NCBI GenBank assembly: GCA_938004065.1
Contig: CALKWM010000038.1
Location: 66,466-130,465 of the forward strand
Source: an uncultured bacterium
GTDB taxonomy: Bacteria; Patescibacteriota; JAHJAL01
Reading direction: 5' to 3'
DNA: 64,000 bases
A program made the translations under genes and the position numbers. The notes below the pieces were generated by a model, which was given only the letters and a program-made list of their open reading frames with translations, ran no database searches and was not told the origin of the DNA. Shown here in pieces: positions 63,759-64,000 of this stretch (positions within the stretch are counted from its first letter, which is position 1; every line of letters starts with the position of its first letter).

Positions 63759-64000
63759 ATGAATGATATGAAAAAATCAACTAAACAGCGCAGTTGCGTC
63801 GGTTGTCGGAAAAAAGCGGATAAATCCGAGTTTTTGCGAATTGTTTTCTTTGATAAAAAATTGGTGGTAGATACAGAACAAAAATTGGATGGTCGAGGTT
63901 GTTATTTGTGTTTGAAAAAAGATTGCTTGACTATGGCTATCAAACGCAATGCTTTTAACTATCGACTGAAGCAAAAAGTATCCAAAGAAGAATTGGCGAG
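63759..64000 (+). CDS. ylxR: YlxR/DUF448 family RNA-binding protein (partial, runs off window end; nusA-infB neighbourhood gene)
   Basis: Open frame from ATG 63759 (or 63768) to the window end. MKKSTKQRSCVGCRKKADKSEFLRIVFFDKKLVVDTEQKLDGRGCYLCLKKDCLTMAIKRNAFNY matches the YlxR pattern C.[AG]C.........R.V........D...K..GRG.Y.C....C...A.K. Absent from the ORF track because no stop lies inside the window. Confidence 0.75.
   Translation, partial: MNDMKKSTKQRSCVGCRKKADKSEFLRIVFFDKKLVVDTEQKLDGRGCYLCLKKDCLTMAIKRNAFNYRLKQKVSKEELA

Noticed and set aside
1-64000. Alternative genetic code (UGA recoding, as in some CPR lineages)
   Set aside because: All long genes are open with the standard code and terminate at TAA/TAG. 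No in-frame TGA-rich conserved genes were seen. The one in-frame stop noted (56055..56057) is TAA.

Overview
Low-GC window with almost every gene on the minus strand. Most of it (about 1-50.5 kb) is a locus of four complete tandem giant genes plus the 5' part of a fifth, all minus-strand. Two of these are transcribed from near-identical sigma70-like promoter modules. The products are 3514, 2577, 3739 and 6053 aa, together roughly 16,000 residues of secreted protein. Each starts with a signal peptide or anchor and an N-terminal domain ending in a YP[VI]x[IF]DPT motif. The middles are mosaics of LamG-type jelly-roll domains, DUF2341-like modules, 5- and 7-bladed Asp-box/GH-like beta-propellers, Ig-like Cys domains and right-handed beta-helix modules. 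Three of the four end in a conserved ~150-330 aa C-terminal module that terminates in Tyr. I interpret that module as a divergent WxL-like cell-wall-binding domain. The 1077..11621 and 19768..30987 proteins are collinear paralogs with stretches of ~75-80% nt identity, and several genes contain near-identical intragenic tandem repeats. A 409-aa cytoplasmic protein (31001..32230) sits 13 bp upstream of the 3739-aa gene. The remaining ~13.5 kb is a housekeeping backbone: enolase, bifunctional PGI/PMI, a thioredoxin-DsbD fusion, a NUDIX hydrolase, a PNP-family phosphorylase, a class I MTase and the start of ylxR. Between eno and pgi this backbone is interrupted by a small accessory island carrying two DUF4143 AAA ATPases, a Fic protein with a degenerate catalytic motif (QPFEDGNKR) and a gene split by an in-frame stop. 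The island region contains a perfect 115-bp direct repeat in two copies. Separately, five intergenic copies of a palindromic element family (GGATCCTGAA...TTCAGGATGACAA) are present; one lies inside a 135-bp composite with 14-bp perfect inverted repeats. No tRNA, rRNA or CRISPR was recognised. Gene content and architecture suggest a CPR/Patescibacteria-like episymbiont; this is inference only. The giant-protein array with conserved end modules is the candidate novel cell-surface or host-attachment system.
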